Of a stretch of DNA of 64,000 nucleotides, positions 47,298 to 55,034 are shown one piece after another. Origin of the DNA: Betaproteobacteria bacterium (lineage in GTDB: Bacteria > Pseudomonadota > Gammaproteobacteria > Burkholderiales > SG8-41); contig JAKFYK010000036.1 in the NCBI GenBank assembly GCA_021730905.1, positions 227,734 through 291,733 of the forward strand, read 5' to 3'. Numbering within the stretch: the first letter of the stretch is position 1; the number at the start of each line of letters is the position of its first letter. A model generated the notes under the pieces. That model was not told the origin of the DNA. It did not search any database and saw only the letters and a program-made list of their open reading frames with translations. The position numbers and the translations under genes are program-made.

Positions 47298-50228
47298 GTG
47301 AGCGTCGGTCGGGCAAAAAAGGGGGCGAATAAACGCGGCCGTGCGCACGACCTGACCGAGGAGGCCCTCGAACAGCAGGCCGCCACGGCCGAGATCCTGC
47401 ATGTGATAGGCAACTCGCCGGCGGATTTGGAGCCGGTATTCCGCACCATATTGTCGAATGCCTCGCGCCTGTGCCAGGCGAGCGTGGGCGCCGTGTTCCT
47501 GTTCGATGGCGAGGTGCTGACGAATGTCGCGCACCAGAATGCATCCCCCGAATTTGTACAATTCCTGAATCGTTCTGGCCGGCGACCGAGCCGCGAAACG
47601 ACCACACGGCGGTGCGCGCTCGAGCGGTGCACGGTTCACACCGCCGACCTGCTGAATGATCCCGATTACGCGCCTCCCGAATTCCAGCGGCGCGAGAACG
47701 TACGCGCGGCGCTTTCGGTTCCGATGATACGCGATGGCGTTTTGATCGGCGTCATCACGCTGTGGCGGCATGTAACGACACCCTTTACCGACAGGCAGAT
47801 CGCACTGGTGCAGACCTTCGCCGACGAGGCAGTGATTGCCATCGAGAACGTGCGGCTATTCAGGGAACTCCAGGCGCGCAATGTCGAAATCACGGAGTCG
47901 CTGGAACAGCAGACGGCTACGGCAGACATCCTGAGCGTCATCAACAGCTCACCGACGGATCTGCAGCCGGTGTTCGACGCGATTCTGGAAAAGGCGATCC
48001 GCCTGTGCGACGCGCATATGGGCCACCTGCGGTTATACGACGGGGAAAGGTTTCTGGACGTCACGCAGCGAGGCGCCAAAGCTGAATACGCCAGGTTTCT
48101 CAGCGAAAGAGGCTCATTTCGACCGCCCCCCGGCGGGGTCTATGCACGCATGACGGACGAACGGCAACCCCTTCAGATCGCGGATATCAGGAATTCATCC
48201 GAGTACCGTGATGGCCTTAAGGGCGTAACCGCGCTGGTCGAACTGGGCGGCGCACGGACTTTTATGGTAGTGCCCATGCTCAGGGACGGACGTGTCGTCG
48301 GTGGCATCTCCATTTACCGCCCCGAGGTGCGCCCGTTTACGCAGAGGCAGATAGCCCTGGTAAGCACGTTTGCGAATCAGGCGGTGATCGCGATTGAGAA
48401 CGTGCGCTTGTTCAAGGAACTCGAAATACGCAACAAGGATCTGTCTGAAACGCTGGAACAACAGACCGCAACCGCCGAGATCCTGCGGGTAATGTCGAAC
48501 TCGCCGGCTGACGTGCAGCCGGTGTTCGAGGCGATCGTGCGCAGCGGAATCCGCCTGTTCGAGGGCGCAGGCGTGACGTTGTCCCGTCCCGAGAATGGAC
48601 AGGTACGACTGATGGCGATCGCCGAGCGCGATCCGCAGCGCGTGCGTCTGTGGAATGCGCGCTTTCCCTTTCCGCTGACGCGCGAGTACATGCATGGTGC
48701 GGCTATCCTTGATTGCCGCATGGTCGATATGCCGGACGTTGAGCAAATGGACGAGCACTTCGCGGCCGGTAAGCGCAATTTCGCCGCCTCAGGATACCGC
48801 GCCATGACGGTCGTGCCGATGGTCAAGGAGGGTGCTGCAATCGGTACGATTTCAGTGGTGCGCGACGCGGCAGGGCCATTGAGCGACAAGAAAATCGCGC
48901 TGCTGAAGACGTTCGCCGATCAGGCGGTGATCGCCATCGAGAACGTGCGGTTGTTCAATGAAACCAAAGAGGCGCTCGAACAGCAGACGGCCATCAGCGA
49001 AATCCTGCACGTGATCTCGGGTTCTCCTGGCGACGTGGCACGAATGCTCGAGGCCGTGGCGCTACGCGCCGTGAAACTCTGCGAGTCGGGCGAAGCAGGC
49101 ATCTTCCTGCTTGACGGTGAGCGGCTGAAATTCGCGGCCGGCTGCCAGAGCGGGGAGACCTTCAGGCCGGGCGAAACCATACCGCTAAGCCGCGGCAGCG
49201 TGCTGGGACGCGCCGTCATCGACCGTGAGACCGTGCATGTTGTCGACCTGGCAGCCACCGCCGCCGGGGATTTTCCATTAGGCATCGAGTATCAAAAACG
49301 GTTTGGGCACCGCAGCCTCGTCGCCGTGCCGCTCATGCAAAAGGACCGTGCCATCGGCGTGATCGGACTGTGGCGTTTCGAGGTGCGGGAGTTCAGCGAA
49401 AAGCATATTGCGCTGGTCCGGACTTTTGCCGACCAGGCGGCGATTGCGATAGAGAATGTGTCGCTGTTCAACGAGATTCAGGAGAAGAGCCGACAGCTTG
49501 AGATCGCCAGCCGCCACAAGTCCGAGTTCCTCGCCAACATGTCGCACGAACTGAGGACGCCGCTCAACGCGGTCATCGGCTTTACGCGCATCGTCATGCG
49601 TCGCTCCCGCGAACAAATCGAGACCCGGCAATACGAGAATCTGGAAAAGATACTCTCGAGCGGGCAGCACCTGCTTGCGCTCATCAACTCGATCCTCGAC
49701 CTCGCCAAGGTGGAGGCAGGGCGCGTCGAGATCAATGCAACGCAGATCGGCCTTGCGTCAGTGCTTGAAAGCTGCGCGCGCACCATCGAACCGCTGGTAA
49801 AGGCCGAGGCTGTGACGCTGGTGAAGGAGTTCGGCGATACCCTGCCGCAGATGTACGTCGACGAAGAAAAACTGCGGCAGATCGTGATCAACCTGCTGAG
49901 CAATGCCGCCAAATTTACTGCGCACGGCAGCATCCGGCTGCGGGCGCGGGCACTGAACGACTCCGTCGTGATTGCCGTTACCGACACCGGTATCGGCATT
50001 GCCCCCGACAAGCTCGACGTGGTCTTCGAGGAGTTCGCGCAAGCCGATGCAAGCAGCACACGCGTCTATGGCGGCACGGGGCTCGGCCTTACCATCGCGC
50101 GCCGCCTCGCCCGGCTCATGGCCGGAGAAATAACGGCGGAGAGCACGATCGGCAGCGGCTCGACATTCACGCTGATCCTACCGCTGCGCTATGGTTCGTC
50201 TGGCCCGTCCAAGGCATCCGGCGTATGA
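47298..50228 (+). CDS. Cytoplasmic sensor histidine kinase with four tandem GAF modules
   Basis: ORF 47220..50228. GTG 47298 follows AGGAGG. There are four repeats of LEQQTA(T/I)(A/S)(E/D)IL...SP.D..PVF...FA(D/N)(E/Q)A(V/A)IAIENV(R/S)LF. Then the H-box SHELRTPLN and an HATPase (GTGLGL). No TM segment. Confidence 0.85.
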   Translation: MSVGRAKKGANKRGRAHDLTEEALEQQAATAEILHVIGNSPADLEPVFRTILSNASRLCQASVGAVFLFDGEVLTNVAHQNASPEFVQFLNRSGRRPSRETTTRRCALERCTVHTADLLNDPDYAPPEFQRRENVRAALSVPMIRDGVLIGVITLWRHVTTPFTDRQIALVQTFADEAVIAIENVRLFRELQARNVEITESLEQQTATADILSVINSSPTDLQPVFDAILEKAIRLCDAHMGHLRLYDGERFLDVTQRGAKAEYARFLSERGSFRPPPGGVYARMTDERQPLQIADIRNSSEYRDGLKGVTALVELGGARTFMVVPMLRDGRVVGGISIYRPEVRPFTQRQIALVSTFANQAVIAIENVRLFKELEIRNKDLSETLEQQTATAEILRVMSNSPADVQPVFEAIVRSGIRLFEGAGVTLSRPENGQVRLMAIAERDPQRVRLWNARFPFPLTREYMHGAAILDCRMVDMPDVEQMDEHFAAGKRNFAASGYRAMTVVPMVKEGAAIGTISVVRDAAGPLSDKKIALLKTFADQAVIAIENVRLFNETKEALEQQTAISEILHVISGSPGDVARMLEAVALRAVKLCESGEAGIFLLDGERLKFAAGCQSGETFRPGETIPLSRGSVLGRAVIDRETVHVVDLAATAAGDFPLGIEYQKRFGHRSLVAVPLMQKDRAIGVIGLWRFEVREFSEKHIALVRTFADQAAIAIENVSLFNEIQEKSRQLEIASRHKSEFLANMSHELRTPLNAVIGFTRIVMRRSREQIETRQYENLEKILSSGQHLLALINSILDLAKVEAGRVEINATQIGLASVLESCARTIEPLVKAEAVTLVKEFGDTLPQMYVDEEKLRQIVINLLSNAAKFTAHGSIRLRARALNDSVVIAVTDTGIGIAPDKLDVVFEEFAQADASSTRVYGGTGLGLTIARRLARLMAGEITAESTIGSGSTFTLILPLRYGSSGPSKASGV

Positions 50229-50587
50229 AGTCCATACTCATAGTCGAAGATGTCGAACTGAACCGTGATCTATTGGTACAGTTGCTCGAGGACAGTTACC
50301 AGTTGGTGCTTGCCGCGGACGGTGTAACCGCACTTGAGCGCGCAGCCGAGGTAAAGCCAGACCTGATACTCATGGATCTTTCTCTTCCGCGCATGGACGG
50401 CTGGGAAGCCACGCGGATACTGAAGGCGGATGCGGCGCTCTCGCACATACCTGTGATCGCACTTTCGGCCCATGCCATGCGCAGCCACGAGGCGCGTGCA
50501 CGGGCGAGCGGTTGCGACGATTTTCTCACCAAGCCGATCGACGAAACACTGCTCTTCAAGAAAATAGCGAGTTACCTTGGCAACTGA
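50225..50587 (+). CDS. Single-domain response regulator (REC only)
   Basis: ATGA overlap with the kinase stop. ILIVEDVELN...LILMDLSLPRMDG...KP. Confidence 0.85.
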   Translation: MKSILIVEDVELNRDLLVQLLEDSYQLVLAADGVTALERAAEVKPDLILMDLSLPRMDGWEATRILKADAALSHIPVIALSAHAMRSHEARARASGCDDFLTKPIDETLLFKKIASYLGN

Positions 50588-50597
50588 ACCGTCATCC

Positions 50598-51983
50598 ATG
50601 GTTGCTACCGTCCTCATCGTCGACGACGAGCCGTTGAACGTCGATCTGCTCGAGCAGGAGCTCGCGGCAGCGGGATATCGGACGCTGTCGGCTGCGAACG
50701 GCGAAGAAGCGCTGACCGTGGCGAAGGCGCTGCCCGACCTGGTGCTCCTCGACGTGATGATGGAAGGCCTTGATGGCTACGCGGTGTGCGAGCGGCTGAA
50801 GGCCAACGATGCCACGCGTACGATTCCGGTGATCTTCCTGACAGCGCTGACGGATTCATTCGAGAAAGTGCGCGCTTTTTCAGTCGGCGCGGTGGACTAC
50901 GTGACCAAGCCTTTCGAGACCGGGGAGCTGCTGGCGCGCGTCGGCACCCATATCGCCTTGCGCAGGGAAATCGAAGCACACCGCAAGTCGAGATCGACAA
51001 TTCAGTATCTGGTGGAGGAAATCCGCTCGGATCGCGACGCGATGGTGGGCGAATCGCCGGCGCTGAGACATGTCCGGGAGCAGATCGCACAGGTCGCGCC
51101 CACCGACAGCACCGTGTTGATTCAGGGCGAGACCGGCACGGGAAAGGAGTTGGTCGCGCGCGCAATCCACGAACTCAGCTTGCGTCGCGAGCGGCCGCTG
51201 ATTAAAGTCAATTGCGCCGCACTGCCGCGCGATCTGGTGGAAAGCGAACTGTTCGGCCATGAAAAAGGTGCGTTCACCGGCGCCACCCAGCAACGCCGCG
51301 GGCGCTTTGAGCTTGCCGACGGCGGCACGCTGTTTCTCGACGAAGCGGGCGAGCTTCCGCTCGACACCCAGGCCAAACTGCTGCGCGTGCTGCAAGAGCG
51401 CGAGTTCGACCGCGTCGGCGGCACACGCAGCCTGCGCACCGATGTGCGGGTAATCGCCGCCACAAACCGCGATCTGCACGCACGCGTCGAGGATGGCGGC
51501 TTTCGCGCCGATCTCTACTACCGGCTCAACGTATTTCCGATTGTGGTGCCGCCGTTGCGCGAGCGCCGCGACGACATTCCCGGCCTGGTGCGGCACTTCG
51601 TGGCAAAGGCCGCGCGCAAACTCGGGCGCACACTAGACGGAATCTCTCCTGCTTTCGTCGAACGCGCATGTGCCTACGCGTGGCCGGGTAATATCCGCGA
51701 ACTGGAAAATCTTGTCGAACGCGCGGCCATTATGTCGCGCGGCGCAGTGCTCGATGCCGTCGATCTTTTCTCGTCAGCTTCTGCAACTGCATCTGAAAAA
51801 ACGCCCGCTGTAATGGCGGGCGACGCCATGCTCGAAGCTGTCGAACGCGCGCACATACAGCAGGTGTTGGAACGCACGCGCTGGGTAATCGAAGGCGAGC
51901 GAGGCGCGGCTCGCATTCTTGGTCTCAATCCCAGCACACTACGCGGCCGACTGCGCAAGCTCGGCATTCGCAAGACCTCTTAA
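50598..51983 (+). CDS. Sigma-54-dependent response regulator (NtrC family: REC + AAA+ + Fis-type HTH)
   Basis: ORF 50577..51983 (TTG). ATG 50598 preferred. VLIVDDEPLN...LLDVMMEGLDG. Walker A GETGTGKE. GAFTGA loop in HEKGAFTGA. C-terminal ...AARILGLNPSTLRGRLRKLGI. Confidence 0.9.
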   Translation: MVATVLIVDDEPLNVDLLEQELAAAGYRTLSAANGEEALTVAKALPDLVLLDVMMEGLDGYAVCERLKANDATRTIPVIFLTALTDSFEKVRAFSVGAVDYVTKPFETGELLARVGTHIALRREIEAHRKSRSTIQYLVEEIRSDRDAMVGESPALRHVREQIAQVAPTDSTVLIQGETGTGKELVARAIHELSLRRERPLIKVNCAALPRDLVESELFGHEKGAFTGATQQRRGRFELADGGTLFLDEAGELPLDTQAKLLRVLQEREFDRVGGTRSLRTDVRVIAATNRDLHARVEDGGFRADLYYRLNVFPIVVPPLRERRDDIPGLVRHFVAKAARKLGRTLDGISPAFVERACAYAWPGNIRELENLVERAAIMSRGAVLDAVDLFSSASATASEKTPAVMAGDAMLEAVERAHIQQVLERTRWVIEGERGAARILGLNPSTLRGRLRKLGIRKTS

Positions 51984-51985
51984 GT

Positions 51986-52039
51986 CGTCGTATTTCGCGG
52001 ATTTCCCCCGTCATATTTGACAGTGCCGTCATATTTGAC
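51986..52039 (+). promoter_or_regulatory. Upstream activator sites of cassette P1 (three related sites, two GTCA-N4-TGAC dyads)
   Basis: CGTCGTATTTCGC (51986), CCGTCATATTTGAC (52008) and CCGTCATATTTGAC (52026). Offsets are 23 and 18 bp. Centres lie roughly -118, -95 and -77 relative to the predicted start. Confidence 0.5.
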
Positions 52040-52054
52040 GACCTTATAAATTTA

Positions 52055-52071
52055 TAAGTATTTGTTTTTAT
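52055..52071 (-). repeat. AT-rich box S8 (reverse orientation, inside sigma-54 cassette P1)
   Basis: TAAGTATTTGTTTTTAT. TGGCAC begins 31 nt after the ATAA that precedes the core. It overlaps the perfect 16-bp palindrome CTTATAAATTTATAAG (52043-52058). Confidence 0.75.
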
Positions 52072-52084
52072 TCATTTTTTTGTT

Positions 52085-52099
52085 TGGCACGCGACTTGC
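52085..52099 (+). promoter_or_regulatory. Sigma-54 (-24/-12) promoter P1
   Basis: TGGCACGCGACTTGC has the canonical GG-N10-GC spacing. It lies 43 nt upstream of ATG 52142, downstream of the UAS and AT box S8. Confidence 0.7.
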
Positions 52100-52141
52100 C
52101 ATAAGTCAAGCTCCGATAAATCATTTTTTCAACAAAGGAGC

Positions 52142-53011
52142 ATGATCATGACCACCGCATTGCAAACCCGTAAGTCCGTCTCTTCCAACCAAGCGCCATC
52201 CACCAGTGCACCGGTGAATTTCGACGCCATCAAGCAAAAACAGCAAGCCACGTGGGCGAGCGGCGATTTCGCCATCATCGGCACCACGCTGCAAATCGTC
52301 GGCGAGACCCTGGCGGAAGCCGCCGACGTGCGTGCCGGCGAACGTGTATTGGACGTAGCTGCCGGCAACGGCAACGCCACGCTCGCTGCCGCACGGCGCT
52401 TTGCGCAGGTGACTTCCACCGATTACGTGCCGCACCTGCTGGAAAAAGGCGCCGCGCGCGCTAGGGCCGAGGGACTCGAGGTGCGCTTCGAGGTCGCGGA
52501 CGCCGAAGCCCTGCCCTACGCAGGTGAATCCTTCGACGTTGTACTGTCCTCCTTCGGCGCGATGTTCACGCCGCAACACAGCCGCACCGCGCTCGAACTG
52601 CTGCGCGTCACGCGCCGCGGCGGGCGCATTGGCCTCGCGAACTGGACACCCGAAGGCTTCATCGGGCAACTGTTCCGCGTCATCGGTGCTTATGTGCCGC
52701 CGCCCGCCGGCATGCAGTCGCCGGCGTTGTGGGGCACCGAGTCGCACATCGCGAAGCTGTTTGGCACGCAGGTCTCCGACATCCGTTGCGTGCGGCGCAA
52801 CTTCAACTTCCGCTACCGTTCAGCGCAGCACTGGATTGACGTATTCCGCGCTTTCTACGGACCTACGCACAAGACATTCGCGGCACTCGATTCGGCAAAC
52901 CAGGTGAGCCTTGCGGCAAGCATCACCGCCCTGCTCGACAAGCTGAACGTGGGCGGGCCGGGCTCGCTGGTAGTACCGAGCGAGTACCTCGAAGTCGTCA
53001 TCACCAGATAA
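52142..53011 (+). CDS. Class I SAM-dependent methyltransferase
   Basis: AAAGGAG RBS. VLDVAAGNGNATL (motif I), ...FDVVLSSFGAMF..., ...GGRIGLANW.... Confidence 0.85.
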   Translation: MIMTTALQTRKSVSSNQAPSTSAPVNFDAIKQKQQATWASGDFAIIGTTLQIVGETLAEAADVRAGERVLDVAAGNGNATLAAARRFAQVTSTDYVPHLLEKGAARARAEGLEVRFEVADAEALPYAGESFDVVLSSFGAMFTPQHSRTALELLRVTRRGGRIGLANWTPEGFIGQLFRVIGAYVPPPAGMQSPALWGTESHIAKLFGTQVSDIRCVRRNFNFRYRSAQHWIDVFRAFYGPTHKTFAALDSANQVSLAASITALLDKLNVGGPGSLVVPSEYLEVVITR

Positions 53012-53037
53012 CCATCACACCTCTCAAGGAGAATGCC

Positions 53038-54180
53038 ATGAAAAAATTGATTTGCGCCGCCACGCTGGCGGCAATTATTGGCGCGGCCACTACGGCACAT
53101 GCCGAAACCGGCAGCGCCGCACCCACGCAGGAATCGGCCACTTTAACGTGGAACAAAATCGCGCTGGAGTCTATCGAGCGCGCCAAGCCCACGCAGCATC
53201 AGGCGATACGGCTACTCACGCATGTGTCGCTGGCGCAGTACGCGGCACTCGCCGCGGCAAACGAGGCAGCGGCGCGCGATGCCGTGGCCGCGGCATCGGC
53301 GCGTGTCATCGCCGAACTGATGCCCACGCAGGCATCATTTGCACAGGAACGTTATCGTCAGTCGCAAGCCGGTACAATCGATGCCGGGGTGCGCGCCGCG
53401 CAACGCGTGCTCGATGAGGCGCGCAGTGATGGCTTTGGCACGGCCTGGAACGGCCAGGCGCCGCAAGCGGCTTGGGCATGGCGCAGCCTGGCGAATCCGC
53501 CAGCGCCGGCAGCGTATCCAGCGATCGGCGGCATGCGCACCTTCTTCGCCGAGTCCGGCAATAGCTTTCGGCCCGTAACCGCTCCCGCGCCCGGCACTAC
53601 ACGCTTTACCACCGATATCACGGAAGTGCGTTCCTATACCGACGCGCCGACGGCGGAAACCACGCGCATTGCAAAGTTCTACGACATGACCACCGGCACG
53701 CTGGCAGGCGGCTTCTGGAACGAACGCGTAGCGGAACTGATACGCAGGCACGCAACCGGTGAGCGGCAAACGGCAACCGTTCTGGTCACACTCAACGCCG
53801 CGATGATGGATGCGCTTGTCGCGTGCCACGACGCAAAGTACGTCTACTGGGTACCACGCCCGTCGCAGGCAGACCCGTCGATCAAGCCGCTGATCGATGT
53901 GCCCAATCATCCGTCGTATCCGAGCAACCATTCATGTCTTTCCACCGCGGCCGCGTTGGTACTCGCGCACTTCTTTCCACAGGAACGTCCGCGTATGGAA
54001 AGCATTGCAACGGAAGCGGGCGTCTCCAGAATCTACGCCGGCCTGCACTACCGTTTCGACGTGGAGGCAGGTGAAGACATCGGCCGCAAAGTGGCGAACG
54101 TGGCGATTGCGCGCCATGCGCAAATGCTGGCGAAGTGGGCACAACCCGAAGCCGTCGCAAGGCAGGCAGCGCGGGAGTAA
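53038..54180 (+). CDS. Secreted PAP2-superfamily protein (vanadium-haloperoxidase / acid-phosphatase-like)
   Basis: Signal ...TTAHAE. The full PAP2 signature is present: KYVYWVPRP (Kx6RP), PSNH (PSGH-like), SRIYAGLHYRFD (SRx5Hx3D). Confidence 0.8.
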   Translation: MKKLICAATLAAIIGAATTAHAETGSAAPTQESATLTWNKIALESIERAKPTQHQAIRLLTHVSLAQYAALAAANEAAARDAVAAASARVIAELMPTQASFAQERYRQSQAGTIDAGVRAAQRVLDEARSDGFGTAWNGQAPQAAWAWRSLANPPAPAAYPAIGGMRTFFAESGNSFRPVTAPAPGTTRFTTDITEVRSYTDAPTAETTRIAKFYDMTTGTLAGGFWNERVAELIRRHATGERQTATVLVTLNAAMMDALVACHDAKYVYWVPRPSQADPSIKPLIDVPNHPSYPSNHSCLSTAAALVLAHFFPQERPRMESIATEAGVSRIYAGLHYRFDVEAGEDIGRKVANVAIARHAQMLAKWAQPEAVARQAARE

Positions 54181-54204
54181 TTGCCTACACAAAATACCCG
54201 ACAG

Positions 54205-54231
54205 CCGGCGGACTGAATGTCCGCCGGTTTT
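54205..54231 (+). terminator. Rho-independent terminator
   Basis: CCGGCGGAC-TGAAT-GTCCGCCGG followed by TTTT, starting 25 nt after the stop at 54180. Confidence 0.7.
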
Positions 54232-54236
54232 GCTTG

Positions 54237-54865
54237 TCGGGGCCAAGGGCGGCGAGGTCGTGTTGCAATGCGCAGGTACCGACCTGCATCGCGTACATCA
54301 CTCGGCCGTCTATAACTAGAACCTATTTCATGATTATTCGCGTGATGCGTTGTGGCCCAAACACGATGGATGCAAGGAGCGCGGCAGTCCCAGCTTCGAA
54401 TAGGGGCAAGCCGTGCGACGCCGCAGACGCGTGTTTGGGCCACAACCCTTCGGGACGGGGCACTGCGGGCGCGCTGCTTTGTCGGCCTCGCTTGCCATAT
54501 TCGCGATATGGCTGCGCGAGTCCTCCTCGCATCGCATCCCGCATTGCCGCCGTCGCACACGTGAATAATCATGAAATAGGTTCTAGTCATCGAGCAACGT
54601 CGGATTCAACCTACCGTACTGGGATCGACTGTGCGGCACGCATCTCGCGCAACCGGCTGCTGGTGCAGCCGTTCCGCGACACGCCTGGGACTCACCCGAT
54701 CAACCTGCGCCAGGAGGCGCCGTGAGCGTTTGGCGCGCGCTGATCCCGCACTTGCTTGATCGCTTCTGAAATCAAATTCTGAAGTGGGTCAATATTCAAT
54801 CAGCGCCAACATTGCAGCTCGCTCGCGGCCGGCTACGCAAGCTCGGCATCCGCAAGACTTCCTGA
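54237..54865 (+). pseudogene. Decayed paralog of the NtrC-type activator (REC missing, internal deletions, frame changes, MITE insertion)
   Basis: Frame-hopping remnants, each compared with gene 50598..51983: VLLVGAKGGEVV...HRVHHSA (cf VLIQGETGTGKELVARAIHELS); IDCAA (cf VNCAA); RLLVQPF...INLRQE (cf RLNVFPIVVPPLRER); LIPHLLDRF (cf DIPGLVRHF); ...GRLRKLGIRKTS* (identical C-terminus). Confidence 0.55.
54315..54587. mobile_element. 273-bp MITE-like non-autonomous element
   Basis: The 30-bp terminal inverted repeats ACTAGAACCTATTTCATGATTATTCGCGTG (54315-54344) and 54558-54587 are 29/30 complementary. The GC-rich interior holds a perfect 17-bp stem (54349-54365 / 54430-54446) and the hairpin GCCATAT-TCGCG-ATATGGC. 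No plausible ORF. Target-site duplication not identifiable. Confidence 0.6.
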
Positions 54866-54866
54866 A

Positions 54867-54921
54867 CCGTCGTATTCAGCGGATTTGCACCGTCATATTT
54901 GACGGCACCGTCGTATTCAAC
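54867..54921 (+). promoter_or_regulatory. Upstream activator sites of cassette P2
   Basis: CCGTCGTATTCAGC (54867), CCGTCATATTTGACGG (54890, a perfect 6-N4-6 dyad) and CCGTCGTATTCAAC (54908). The 23/18-bp offsets match P1. Confidence 0.5.
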
Positions 54922-54936
54922 AGCGTTAAATATGTA

Positions 54937-54953
54937 TAACTATTTGATTTTAT
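54937..54953 (-). repeat. AT-rich box S9 (reverse orientation, inside sigma-54 cassette P2)
   Basis: TAACTATTTGATTTTAT. Its reverse complement contains AATCAAATAGTTA, a perfect match to the IHF consensus WATCAANNNNTTR. The 31-nt offset to TGGCAT matches P1. Confidence 0.75.
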
Positions 54954-54966
54954 TAAATTTTTATAT

Positions 54967-54981
54967 TGGCATGCGTCTTGC
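54967..54981 (+). promoter_or_regulatory. Sigma-54 (-24/-12) promoter P2
   Basis: TGGCATGCGTCTTGC has GG-N10-GC spacing. It lies 54 nt upstream of ATG 55035, downstream of the UAS and AT box S9. Confidence 0.7.
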
Positions 54982-55034
54982 GATATATCGGTTGCCAGCG
55001 GGGAATTTGGTCCTCGCCAGAAAAGGAAACCGAC

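Noticed and set aside
54135-54725. ORFs crossing the MITE and activator remnant (54135..54725 +, 54048..54590 -, 53897..54319 +, 54352..54564 +).
   Set aside because: They read through terminal inverted repeats and a terminator hairpin and have no coherent protein signature. The short NtrC-like stretches are better explained as pseudogene debris.
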